Assembly (NCBI GenBank): GCA_027460535.1
Contig: JAPZAR010000028.1
Location: 9,490-41,489 of the forward strand
Direction: 5' to 3'
From: Candidatus Methanoperedens sp.
GTDB lineage: Archaea; Halobacteriota; Methanosarcinia; Methanosarcinales; Methanoperedenaceae
DNA length: 32,000 bases
The position numbers and the translations under genes were made by a program. The notes under the pieces were generated by a model. It was not told where the DNA came from, searched no databases, and saw nothing but the letters and a program-made list of their open reading frames with translations. Within the stretch, counting starts at the first letter, position 1, and every line of letters starts with the position of its first letter. Shown here piece after piece: positions 1 through 8,800 of the stretch.

Positions 1-269
1 AACGATAAGCCGCTCGGAACTACTTTGAGTCCTCCGGGACCATCGTAAATGGCTTCAGTTATTTTGGCGCTGCCACTGAGGACTTCATGCAGCGTTATCT
101 TACATTTTTCAAGACCCATCAAAAGACCGAGATTCGCCATACCTATGTCTGCATCAAGCACCAGTGTTTTCTTTCCAAGCAACGCAAGAGCTGTACCAAG
201 GTTCAGCGTAGTCGTAGTCTTACCAGTTCCACCTTTTCCCGAGGCGATTGTGTATACACGTGCCGTCAT
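1..269 (-). CDS. minD: MinD/ParA-family P-loop ATPase, N-terminal part; the gene runs off the left edge
   Basis: The reverse-strand translation from the ATG (cat at 267-269) reads [55 protein letters not shown]... It has the deviant Walker A GKGGTGKT and the DADIGMANL segment typical of MinD. The + strand ORFs 49..288 and 87..293 are antisense shadows of this gene. Confidence 0.8.
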   Translation of the reverse strand, partial: MTARVYTIASGKGGTGKTTTTLNLGTALALLGKKTLVLDADIGMANLGLLMGLEKCKITLHEVLSGSAKITEAIYDGPGGLKVVPSGLS

Positions 270-447
270 GTTTATTCCTTCGACTTAATATAATCCCTAA
301 ATAGTCGTATTATAATTTTATGATGTATATACTCATTATGGGTTTATAACGTTTATTGATAATTAATATATATGATTATGCTCATGATAGTGATATGTAT
401 ATATAGTAGTGGATTAATAATTTAAAGATTACAGGAATGATGAATAT

Positions 448-1305
448 ATGGGCATATCGGAAGATTTCATAAATTATTGCACTCAAACTTTAGAAGTCAA
501 TTTCGGCCAGCTGTCTGCCGAAATAATAAATAAAGTCAAAGCGAAGAAGAGTCTAAACGATACCTCGAACACTGGCGACTTTAAGGAATTTATCGATGTG
601 ATCGAACTGAACCTGAGCGTGCTTTCAGGGAAAAATAAAGCCGCTGAAATCTGTAATACCCTTAGGACAAAGGCTGTGGAGACCACGGGAAGGCAGAAAG
701 CACCTGAGACTACTATAAGCACCGATATCGACAAGGAAATAAGCGCATTCCTGGCGAAGAACACACTCCCATCTGAAAGCGACATTACAGACTATGCAAA
801 ATATCTGACAATGAAGTTTGGCGGCAATGCCAAAAAAGTTGAAAAGGATATCATCGAAAAAGTGAAGAATCATGTCAGGATTGCAATAAGCAGAAAAAAA
901 GTTAACGAAGAAATAGGCAACTTCCTTGTGCGATACTCACAGCCTGAACAAAAAGATATTGACGATTTTGTAAATTATATTCGCTTGTTAAAGCTGAATT
1001 TTCCTGAAAGCGAATTGAGAGAATTCATAGAAAAAGAAAGACTATATCGCAAGTTCCATGGAGATCAAGAAGTTGTGGAAAAACCATCAGAACTCGATCA
1101 ATTCATAGATATTATCAAAACACAGGATAAAAATGACATCAGCAAGGCCATGCAAAAACAGGAGATCAGCTATCTCATTAAAGATGAATCAGGACTTTCA
1201 GATAAACTGGTATCCGAGTTCGTCGAACTCATGACGCCAAACGAAGGTGATATGAAAGATACTCTGGAGAGTCTTGGCCTCAAACATTTGATTAAGAATG
1301 GATGA
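448..1305 (+). CDS. Hypothetical acidic/lysine-rich repeat protein; its C-terminal ~90 aa are paralogous to ORF 1632..2066
   Basis: 285-aa ORF with an ATG start. It has internal modules of about 50 aa (EISAFLAKNTLPSESDITDYAKYL / EIGNFLVRYSQPEQKDIDDFVNYI). Its C-terminus (QEISYLIKD...MTPNEGDMKDTLESLGLKHLIKNG) matches that of the next ORF. I recognise no family. Confidence 0.6.
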   Translation: MGISEDFINYCTQTLEVNFGQLSAEIINKVKAKKSLNDTSNTGDFKEFIDVIELNLSVLSGKNKAAEICNTLRTKAVETTGRQKAPETTISTDIDKEISAFLAKNTLPSESDITDYAKYLTMKFGGNAKKVEKDIIEKVKNHVRIAISRKKVNEEIGNFLVRYSQPEQKDIDDFVNYIRLLKLNFPESELREFIEKERLYRKFHGDQEVVEKPSELDQFIDIIKTQDKNDISKAMQKQEISYLIKDESGLSDKLVSEFVELMTPNEGDMKDTLESLGLKHLIKNG

Positions 1306-1631
1306 GGAAAAGTGAAATGTATATGTTACAACAGAAAATTTTTATGTAAATGTGCCGGCGCTTTACGCATAGCAGCATTCATTGAGTCTGTTGGAACCGC
1401 GGGGGTAATTATCTCTTCCCTCATTTGGTATGAGAGAACGAATATGCTTTTTGAGTTGCCAACTTTTGTAGCAACCGGACATATATCGTTGTGATTCTAA
1501 TAATTACTTAAAGATACACTTGATGGAAGGATTATCAAAATACCCTGGAATGAAGAGCGGTGATAATCCATGGAGAAAAAGAATGAAAACTGGAGAACCC
1601 CTCATAAGCTATGATTTAACAGAGGAAGCAT

Positions 1632-2066
1632 ATGGCTTTAGTAATTAACAATAAATGTGTTTCAAAGATCGATAACCTTAAGAATGAGCTTGCAGGGTTA
1701 AGAAAAGATCTGGCCAAAGAAGACCTTAGGAAGGGAATGACCGAGTTAAAACAGAGCTTCCAGCAAGATGAGAAAAGAAAAAAGATAATAAGGGATAACC
1801 TCTACCGTCAATTCTGCGGAGTCCAGGAAAGAGGGGGAACAAACCCTGGATTCAATAAAGCCATTGATCTCATTAAAGCCAATTACGGGAAGGATGGCGA
1901 AGTGGGCATGACGCACAAACAGGAAATCGGTCATCTGATACACGACGGGTCTGAAATATTGAATGAAACATTATCAGACTTCACCAGTCTTATTACTCCC
2001 GATGAAAAGGACATGAAAGATATGCTGGAAGGACTTGGTCTGAAACACTTGATCAGGAACAAATAA
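1632..2066 (+). CDS. Hypothetical protein, short paralogue of the C-terminal domain of ORF 448..1305
   Basis: 144-aa ORF with a GAGGAAG Shine-Dalgarno-like sequence 4 nt upstream of the ATG. LYRQFCGVQE and QEIGHLIHD...ITPDEKDMKDMLEGLGLKHLIRNK align with LYRKFHGDQE and QEISYLIKD...MTPNEGDMKDTLESLGLKHLIKNG of the upstream ORF. Confidence 0.6.
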   Translation: MALVINNKCVSKIDNLKNELAGLRKDLAKEDLRKGMTELKQSFQQDEKRKKIIRDNLYRQFCGVQERGGTNPGFNKAIDLIKANYGKDGEVGMTHKQEIGHLIHDGSEILNETLSDFTSLITPDEKDMKDMLEGLGLKHLIRNK

Positions 2067-2093
2067 GGAAAAGGAAAAATTAAAAAAAGAGGA

Positions 2094-2798
2094 TTATCCC
2101 GATTGTTTTACCTTGAACAATTGGAATATCCCTAGCACGGATACGGTTATTATTACTGCGATAGCAGAGCGATAGACAACCGCCGGGATCCCGAAAACCG
2201 GATTTACGATAAGACCGCCATAGATCGCATATAAGGCAAAACCAATCCCCGCATATACGAATCTTCTTCCGGCCTTTTCCCCGATTATGGCATTCATTTT
2301 TCCTGACAGGTCAAGGAATGCATATGAGGATATCGCGGCACCGAGAAAGCCCAGACTGTACCTCTCCGCAAGGTCTGCGGCTTTGTAACTTATCCCGATA
2401 TCGTTGTTCGTCAGGTCAAGCCCTACAAATATCATCAACCAGAAATACATTAGGAGCGCACCATAAGGTAACCCGCGAAGCCATCTTTTTTCTTCCTTCC
2501 CGACTGTAATTATATTCAGTCCGAAAGCAAGAAGCACAGCAAAGGAACTTGAGACAAGGAGCAATTTGATGATATCAAATGCCCATGCCGGCTGCCATAC
2601 AAGGAACCGTGGGATATCAGAATATTCGGCCAACCCGTGGAGAAGCCCAAAGGCTGCAAGATATTTAAAGCCGTTCATTAATTCTATATGGCTTACTCTT
2701 TTTTTCCATAAGGTCAGGGCCAAGAACATTACTATGAAGCTTGTCCCGTATATCAAATAAACTGCAAGTTTTACCTGTTCATTATTCCAGTCTACCAT
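2094..2798 (-). CDS. Polytopic integral membrane protein (about 7 hydrophobic segments), function unknown
   Basis: 234-aa ORF with repeated hydrophobic stretches of about 20 aa (LAVYLIYGTSFIVMFLALTLW, YLAAFGLLHGLA, IIKLLLVSSSFAVLLAFGL, ALLMYFWLMIFVGL, and others). It resembles the stand-alone N-terminal 7TM modules of sensor kinases, but this is not verifiable here. Confidence 0.6.
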   Translation of the reverse strand: MVDWNNEQVKLAVYLIYGTSFIVMFLALTLWKKRVSHIELMNGFKYLAAFGLLHGLAEYSDIPRFLVWQPAWAFDIIKLLLVSSSFAVLLAFGLNIITVGKEEKRWLRGLPYGALLMYFWLMIFVGLDLTNNDIGISYKAADLAERYSLGFLGAAISSYAFLDLSGKMNAIIGEKAGRRFVYAGIGFALYAIYGGLIVNPVFGIPAVVYRSAIAVIITVSVLGIFQLFKVKQSG

Positions 2799-2998
2799 TT
2801 AATAGCCTCCGTCTATACCCGTTTTTTTATTGGTTGCAATTATGTGAGCCTCACTATTTAAATGTAACTCATTATTATTAACATAATGATAGCAATTTTC
2901 ATCTTTGTGATTATTCTTTCAATGTTATTTCAATAAAAAAATAGCAACAAGCTGACACTATGGATATATTATCCCGATAACACAATCAGAAAGAAATC

Positions 2999-3028
2999 GG
3001 GGAGTTTCATATTAAAATACAACTCCCC
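2999..3028 (-). terminator. Hairpin just downstream of the TPR gene stop, followed by a T-rich tract on the - strand
   Basis: An 8-bp stem pairs ggggagtt (2999-3006) with aactcccc (3021-3028) around a 14-nt loop. On the - strand it is followed by gaTTTCTTTCTgaTT. It lies 9 nt beyond the stop at 3037-3039. Confidence 0.3.
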
Positions 3029-3036
3029 TGTAGAGT

Positions 3037-4062
3037 TTACATTTGCTTCAATTTATTCCTCGCCAGCGTATGCGCGGGGTCTATATCAAGCACTTTCTCA
3101 AAGCATTTCCTGGCATCATCCCCCCGTCCCAGTTCCTTGAGAGCTATCCCTTTATCATACCATGCTTGTGTGCTCCGTGGATCCATCTCAATGGATTTTT
3201 CAAAAGCCCTGATGGCCTCGTTCCCCTTGTTGAGGCTTTTTAGAACAAAACCTTTTTCATACCAGAGCGCCGGGTTTTTAGGGTTCAGCTCGATCGCTTT
3301 TTCATAAGCATGGAGCGATGTGTCAAATGCTTTAATAGCATCATATTTCATGCCCAGAGCGCGAAGATCGCTTCCTTTTAGACCCCATACTTTACCTTTT
3401 CCGAACCATGCGTTCCAGTTGCCTGGATCAATCTTCAGTGCCCGTTCAAGCAGGGCGAATCCCTCAGCATATTGTTTCTTTGAGCCTACAGCAATGCCTT
3501 TGCGGGCAAGCGCACCTGCATGACCCGGCTCAAGTGCAAGTACTTTTTCATAAGTCGCCAATGCATCAGCATCTTTGCCCAGGCCAGTTAGCATTATTCC
3601 TTTCTCGAACCAAATTTTTGTATTATCCGGCTCTATCTGGAGAAGGCTCTCGTATACGTTCAATAATTCGTTGTCCTTTTTGAGTTCTTTCAATATCAAT
3701 GCTTTCTCAGAAAGCAGCCGAGTATTTCCTGGTTCAGATATGAGTATGTTATCATACGCGGTAAGTGCATCGTCCAGCCTGCCAAGATTCACAAGTACAA
3801 TAGCTTTTTCATGCCAGGCTTTCGTATTGTTTGGGTCAAGTTCAAGAACCTTCTCATAAGCCTCAAGGGCAGGAAGATACTGTTCAAGTGTAAGATGGAT
3901 TGACGCTTTATCATACCACGCTTTAAGGTTACCTGGGTCCATCGCCAGAATATCCGCATAAGCTTCGAGGGCTTTATCATACTTCCCCGAACGCTTATAC
4001 TCATCAGCCTCTTGCAGAAAATCCTTCTTCTCCTTCTTCTTAAAAAATCCGCCTAATTTCAT
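3037..4062 (-). CDS. Tetratricopeptide (TPR) repeat protein
   Basis: 341 aa built of about nine 34-aa repeats with the W/A-Y-x-K-G-x-x-L ... A-L-x-x-Y-E-K-x-L-E-L-D-P-x-N pattern (AWYDKASIHL, AWHEKAIVLV, IWFEKGIMLT, ALWYEKGFVLK, AWYDKGIALK). Confidence 0.9.
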   Translation of the reverse strand: MKLGGFFKKKEKKDFLQEADEYKRSGKYDKALEAYADILAMDPGNLKAWYDKASIHLTLEQYLPALEAYEKVLELDPNNTKAWHEKAIVLVNLGRLDDALTAYDNILISEPGNTRLLSEKALILKELKKDNELLNVYESLLQIEPDNTKIWFEKGIMLTGLGKDADALATYEKVLALEPGHAGALARKGIAVGSKKQYAEGFALLERALKIDPGNWNAWFGKGKVWGLKGSDLRALGMKYDAIKAFDTSLHAYEKAIELNPKNPALWYEKGFVLKSLNKGNEAIRAFEKSIEMDPRSTQAWYDKGIALKELGRGDDARKCFEKVLDIDPAHTLARNKLKQM

Positions 4063-4290
4063 TTGAATACCTCAATCTCAGGATATTTATCCAAATAATA
4101 TCCAGATTTTCATAGTGTTTTTTACAGTATAAATCTTTCTATAGCTGCATCGTGAAAGTTCTCGTTTCCATACTTCAGAAATGAAAAACATAAATGAAAC
4201 AGACAACCATCAATGATATATAGAAGTTCAAACATTACGAAACAGCATTATTCGGAATCATCAAGAGCAGCATGTTTTGGAGGACCTTCG

Positions 4291-6009
4291 ATGCTAAAAG
4301 TAAATAATTTGGTTAAAGATTATGTAATCGACTCAGATACGATCAGAGTGCTGAACGGGATAAGTTTTGATATAAAAGAGGGTGAAATCCTCGGAATCAT
4401 CGGGAGAAGCGGCGGCGGTAAGTCCACGATCTTGAAAGTGCTCCGGGGTATGGAACCATTTTCTGAGGGAAGCTTCGAACTTGACGGATTCACCGTAGGA
4501 CCCGGTGCGTCGCATAATGATATTAAAAAATTACAGCAAATGACGGCCATTCATCTCCAGCGGAATTTCGGGCTATGGCCGGGTGCCACGTACGAGAGTG
4601 TACTGCGAAGGCTCAACGCTCAAAGATGTGGTTATGAGATTTTGCCTGAGAAAGATGCTCCATACTACGATGAATTGTATGAAAAAAGCATGGAGTATCT
4701 AAAGCTTGTCAATCTTGACAAGAAAGCAGAGCATTTTTCAGCGGTTCTGAGCGGGGGAGAGAAACAGAGGCTGCTTATAGCAAGACAACTTGCAGCGAAT
4801 CCCCATCTTCTTCTTCTGGACGAACCCGCGACCATGACATGCCCGGCGACAAAACAGGAAGTTCTCGACTCTATAAAGAACGTGAATGAAAAACTGGGAG
4901 TCAAGACCCTGGTGGTTTCTCATCTTCCCGAAGTACACTCCTATCTTGCCCACAGGGTACTCTGGCTTGAAGAAGGCAGAATAATAGAGGAGGGAAAACC
5001 CGGAGAGGTATTAAAGAAGTTTCTCAAGAAGATGAGACCTGCCGTTCCAATGCCAAAGCGTACATCGGATAAGACAGTAGTAAAGGTCACAGATCTTTCC
5101 AAGCGTTACTGGCTCATCAGGCAGGGTGAAGTGTTAGACCTTGACAGCATCAATCTTGAATTCAAAGAGGGAGAGATGGCCGCCCTCATAGGACCAAGCG
5201 GAGCCGGAAAGACAACCCTACTGCACGCCATGGATGGTCTTATTTATCCGGATGATGGGGAAATTGAATTCCTTGTGGGTGATGAATGGGTTGAAATGTC
5301 CACATATTCACCGAAGAGAATGGAAGTGCGAAGAATTACCAGCATAATGTACCAGGAGTTCGCCTTATCACCCCATTCTACGATAAAACAGCAGCTCGCT
5401 TACAAGTTGGGCGTAAAAGGGCAGAGTGTTGTTGAAGAGTCCAGAAAAAGGGCAAAGGAGCTGGGAATATCGGATAAAGACCTTGATGAATTATACAGGA
5501 TGACTGATATGCCTGAGGAAAACAGCAGGGAGGTACTGGCGAGACTGGGATATACTCCAGCTATACTTGGTGTGCTTTTCCCGAGCTATCCTCTTACCGA
5601 AGTGATTAACTACGCAAAACCGGTCTTTGAAGCGGTTGGTCTGCCGTTGAGTGTTCTTGACGCCAAACCCTATCAGATGAGCGGTGGTGAGAACGTAAGA
5701 GCGGCCCTGGCAATGGCCCTTGCTTCGAAACCTTCCATCCTGCTACTGGATGAGCCTTTTGGCGACCTTGACCCTATAACGCTTCGCGAAGTTGCAAATT
5801 CCCTGAAGAACATCAATAAGACATTCAATACCACCATTATCTTCATCAGCCATCATGTAGATTTCATAAAAGAGGTCGCACAGAGGGCAATTTTGATAGA
5901 TAAAGGGCACATCATCTCGGATGGGGACCCGAAGAAAGTCTGCAATGAGTTTATCGAGGCCAGTAATGCAAAGTACCTGAAAGTCTGCTTTGAAGGCTAT
6001 TCCAGATAA
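4291..6009 (+). CDS. atwA: Tandem-domain ABC ATPase without a membrane domain; probably methyl-coenzyme M reductase system component A2 (AtwA-like)
   Basis: There are two ABC cassettes. The first has GRSGGGKST, LSGGEKQR and LLLLDEP. The second has GPSGAGKTT, MSGGENVR and LLLDEPFGDLDP. The RSG.GKS...LRGME N-terminal pattern fits my recollection of component A2. The start is placed at the internal ATG 4291, preceded by GGAGGA at 4279-4284; the ORF track's start at 4213 is less likely. The ABC ATPase call is secure; the A2 assignment is moderate. Confidence 0.6.
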   Translation: MLKVNNLVKDYVIDSDTIRVLNGISFDIKEGEILGIIGRSGGGKSTILKVLRGMEPFSEGSFELDGFTVGPGASHNDIKKLQQMTAIHLQRNFGLWPGATYESVLRRLNAQRCGYEILPEKDAPYYDELYEKSMEYLKLVNLDKKAEHFSAVLSGGEKQRLLIARQLAANPHLLLLDEPATMTCPATKQEVLDSIKNVNEKLGVKTLVVSHLPEVHSYLAHRVLWLEEGRIIEEGKPGEVLKKFLKKMRPAVPMPKRTSDKTVVKVTDLSKRYWLIRQGEVLDLDSINLEFKEGEMAALIGPSGAGKTTLLHAMDGLIYPDDGEIEFLVGDEWVEMSTYSPKRMEVRRITSIMYQEFALSPHSTIKQQLAYKLGVKGQSVVEESRKRAKELGISDKDLDELYRMTDMPEENSREVLARLGYTPAILGVLFPSYPLTEVINYAKPVFEAVGLPLSVLDAKPYQMSGGENVRAALAMALASKPSILLLDEPFGDLDPITLREVANSLKNINKTFNTTIIFISHHVDFIKEVAQRAILIDKGHIISDGDPKKVCNEFIEASNAKYLKVCFEGYSR

Positions 6010-6047
6010 GATAACTATATGCCAATATAACTACATTTTTCATAAAA

Positions 6048-6953
6048 ATGACAGGTTCTCCCAGAAAATACGCAATATACTTGGCAATAGTATTTTTCCT
6101 GCTGATAATCATAGCTGGGAGCTTATATATGATCATCGGAGGCAAAAACTTCGGCATTTCGGGGAACAGGGTTGAAGTTGTCTATGTCCAAGGTGTTATG
6201 CTGACGGGGAGCGTCCCATCAGGTTTCGGGATCGCAACTTCCGAAGAGATAACAAAAAGCCTGAAAGATGCATCAGAGGATGATGCGGTTAAGGCTATAG
6301 TGATGAGGATAAATAGCCCGGGAGGCTCCCCGGCTGCGGCTGAAGAGATCGTGGCTGCTATGAAAAAAATCAAGAAACCGATAGTCATCTCTATGGGGGA
6401 CGTTGCAGCAAGCGCAGCATATTACATCAGTGTGCCGGCTACCAGGATCATAGCCAATCCGGATACTATCACAGGCAGCATAGGCGTGATCTGGGAATTC
6501 CAGAACAGGTCAAAATTCTATGAAAAAGACGGCACGTCCTTCTATATTGCAAAATCAGGTGAGCTGAAAGATATGGGCGGGGACTGGAGAGGATTGTCGG
6601 ATGAGGAAAAAACGTATGCAGACCAGACCATAGAGGAAGCGTACGGACGTTTTGTTAAAGAGGTTGCACAGGACAGGAACCTTTCCATGAGCAAAGTCAA
6701 GGATCTTGCGGACGGCAGGGTTTACACGGGCGCAAAAGCCAAGGAACTGGGGCTCGTGGACGAATTCGGAAGCCTGGACGATGCTATCGATATCGCCGCA
6801 TCGCTTGGTGGGATAGTAGGCAAGCCAGAAGTTACGTATGCCAATAAGCCCTCTCTGTCGCAGTTGCTGTTCGGAGGGCAAAAGACGGAAATATCCGGAT
6901 TTACAAGCTATTACTATGAGAGCCCTTACGGACGCCTGCTCTCGACATCCTGA
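6048..6953 (+). CDS. sppA: Signal peptide peptidase SppA (36K type, ClpP/crotonase-fold serine protease)
   Basis: N-terminal TM segment (YAIYLAIVFFLLIIIAGSLYMII), then VMRINSPGGSPAAAEEI and GDVAASAAYYIS with GSIGV, all characteristic SppA blocks. Confidence 0.85.
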   Translation: MTGSPRKYAIYLAIVFFLLIIIAGSLYMIIGGKNFGISGNRVEVVYVQGVMLTGSVPSGFGIATSEEITKSLKDASEDDAVKAIVMRINSPGGSPAAAEEIVAAMKKIKKPIVISMGDVAASAAYYISVPATRIIANPDTITGSIGVIWEFQNRSKFYEKDGTSFYIAKSGELKDMGGDWRGLSDEEKTYADQTIEEAYGRFVKEVAQDRNLSMSKVKDLADGRVYTGAKAKELGLVDEFGSLDDAIDIAASLGGIVGKPEVTYANKPSLSQLLFGGQKTEISGFTSYYYESPYGRLLSTS

Positions 6954-6954
6954 A

Positions 6955-7857
6955 CTATTCCTTTCGCGGTCTGGGATAGCGCTTCTTAATTTCCATGACT
7001 TTTTTCTCCAAACCATAAGCTAAGCTATCCACTAATTCGCCTGAGTAATAATCATATCGTGCTGCCAGGGATATCTTGGAGGCAACGGTTCTTGCGATCT
7101 TGCCGCGCTGCCACTTCGGGGCATTATTTATATAGGGGTGCCTGAAAATCACACCGTGCTTTGGAGATGGGGCTTTGCCTTTTAAATGTTTAAAGAGGGC
7201 GCTGTTCGCTCCTATAACCTGAACAGTGCTTGAAGGCATGGAGGCGAGTTTCCCAAGACCGCCAGCAATGCGAATCAATCGGGCTCCAAGAAGATATCCG
7301 GCTATATTCGTAAGATTTGGCGCAAGTTGAGGCATGCTATTCTTCAGATATTTTTCCATAGAAAGGCGGGATTCATACAAACCGAGGAGAGTTGCTGCAA
7401 GACTTTGCATCATCTGCAATTCAGGCTCAACATGCGACCCTTTTATCCCAAGTATATAACGGGCAAGTTCACCGCCCATTAAATCTGTCTCACCGAAGTT
7501 CATAATGTACCATTCTTTCAATCTCTCGCCCAGGACATTTCCGGTCTCATTAATCTCATCTATCGTCTCGATTGCCGCTGAAATCTGCCTATCCCGCGTA
7601 ACGGCCTTGGTTAATTGTTTTTTTACAAGCCCGATGTTGAGTTCGTGAAAAATGTGGTCATATTCTTCATTTGAGGATACGAAGCCGTATTTTAATCCGA
7701 GGTCGCGGAGGTTAGTCCCTGCAACTTTTCCCACCATCATTAACGGTTCTCTTGTAAGGCGGGAGAGGAGCGTTTCGATGTCTTTTTGAAATAGTTCGAC
7801 TCCAGTTATCCCGTTTTCATCTATCGAAAAAATCCCAAACCAGGTTCTTGTTTGCAT
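6955..7857 (-). CDS. nop5: Nop5 (Nop56/58) C/D box sRNP core protein
   Basis: Nop-domain signature: GARLIRIAGGLGKLASMPSSTVQVIGANSALFKHLKGKAPSPKHGVIFRHPYI...KIARTVASKISLAARYDYY. The start is set at ATG 7857 (MQTRTWFGIF). The 42-codon upstream extension in the ORF track (poly-Ile, 7858-7983) is translation of the AT-rich promoter region. Confidence 0.85.
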   Translation of the reverse strand: MQTRTWFGIFSIDENGITGVELFQKDIETLLSRLTREPLMMVGKVAGTNLRDLGLKYGFVSSNEEYDHIFHELNIGLVKKQLTKAVTRDRQISAAIETIDEINETGNVLGERLKEWYIMNFGETDLMGGELARYILGIKGSHVEPELQMMQSLAATLLGLYESRLSMEKYLKNSMPQLAPNLTNIAGYLLGARLIRIAGGLGKLASMPSSTVQVIGANSALFKHLKGKAPSPKHGVIFRHPYINNAPKWQRGKIARTVASKISLAARYDYYSGELVDSLAYGLEKKVMEIKKRYPRPRKE

Positions 7858-8059
7858 GGGGTTATCATTTTCCTGATAATTACGCTTATATATATTACAT
7901 TGCCCGCAAAAGCCCTCCTTACTGATTTTAATCATATAAATTAGCATAATAATTATTATAATAATTGTAATATTATCTTTCAAAAGCTATATATACTCAA
8001 AATAACATTCTAATTATTAATAGAAAGGCAGAAAACGGGATTCCGTTTTTCTGTATGGA

Positions 8060-8386
8060 TTGGTTGTGCGAAAATCAGCAGAGGTGGTATGTCGCTCCCC
8101 ATGCACCATGCTGTGTTATAAAAATGTCCATAGCAAGAAAGCTCATAAAATGAGTAGGTGGATTGGAGAAGATTGGATGTTGGAAACACCGAAAGAAAGA
8201 GTAAAATTGTTAAAAGCTGGAATAGATGGGAAAACTATAGAAAAGCTCTACTTGATATGCAATGGTATCAAAATTGTACACTCCCCCATCCTATTCGATA
8301 TTCTTGAGATAGACATTAAAGAAAATAAAAGGATTGCAACAATCCGGAAACATGCACTTCCCAAAGAGCAGTATGCGGTTTGCTGA
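8060..8386 (+). CDS. Hypothetical protein; start uncertain (TTG at 8060, several internal ATGs)
   Basis: An open frame only, divergent from nop5, with no recognisable motif. Confidence 0.3.
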   Translation: MVVRKSAEVVCRSPCTMLCYKNVHSKKAHKMSRWIGEDWMLETPKERVKLLKAGIDGKTIEKLYLICNGIKIVHSPILFDILEIDIKENKRIATIRKHALPKEQYAVC

Positions 8387-8513
8387 CTCATGCGGCATAA
8401 ATGAGCCGAGGGAATTTTCTCGCGATTACAAAATTTTTGAACCATTTTTTTACCGAAGGAAGAGTATAAATGTTAATATATGAATTACACTTCTTAACGC
8501 ATAAGGAGGTAGC

Positions 8514-8669
8514 ATGTACTTGACTAAAAAAATGGCAGGTTATGTATTGTATGCAGTAGGGATAATAGGCGGTGTGGAAGGGGTAACCAGTGACCCGAAA
8601 AGCATATCGATAAGCGTTGTGGCATTGATAGTCATAATATTCGGAAGCTACCTTCTCGAGAAACAGTAA
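8514..8669 (+). CDS. Small (51 aa) two-helix membrane protein, below the ORF-track cutoff
   Basis: The ATG at 8514 is preceded by the strong SD AAGGAGG (8503-8509). The translation is MYLTKKMAGYVLYAVGIIGGVEGVTSDPKSISISVVALIVIIFGSYLLEKQ*, with two hydrophobic helices. Confidence 0.45.
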   Translation: MYLTKKMAGYVLYAVGIIGGVEGVTSDPKSISISVVALIVIIFGSYLLEKQ

Positions 8670-8800
8670 ATAAAATTAATTTGTTTTTTTAATCATTTTA
8701 TTTTTCCTGTTGCTATTATAGCTTTTTTTTAACAAAGCTTATTGCACATAAAAGTAGTCAAGCCCTATTGAATAATATTTCCCAATAAGAAGGATCAACA

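Noticed and set aside
49-293. The + strand ORFs 49..288 and 87..293
   Set aside because: They lie antisense to a clear MinD-type gene (GKGGTGKT Walker A read on the - strand). Their translations are low-complexity with no motif.
1312-1494. GTG-initiated 60-aa ORF between the two paralogous genes, and a 41-aa ORF at 1523..1648
   Set aside because: There is no SD and no motif, and the second overlaps the well-supported start of ORF 1632..2066. I treat both as intergenic noise.
4213-4290. Upstream extension of the ABC ATPase ORF
   Set aside because: The internal ATG 4291 has a GGAGGA SD, and the ABC N-terminal beta-strand (MLKVNNLVKDY) starts there. The extension has no homology-like features.
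7858-7983. 42-codon N-terminal extension of the Nop5 ORF (MKDNITIIIIIIMLIYMIK...)
   Set aside because: It is a poly-Ile translation of an AT-rich promoter-like region. The Nop5 homology begins at the internal Met (7857).
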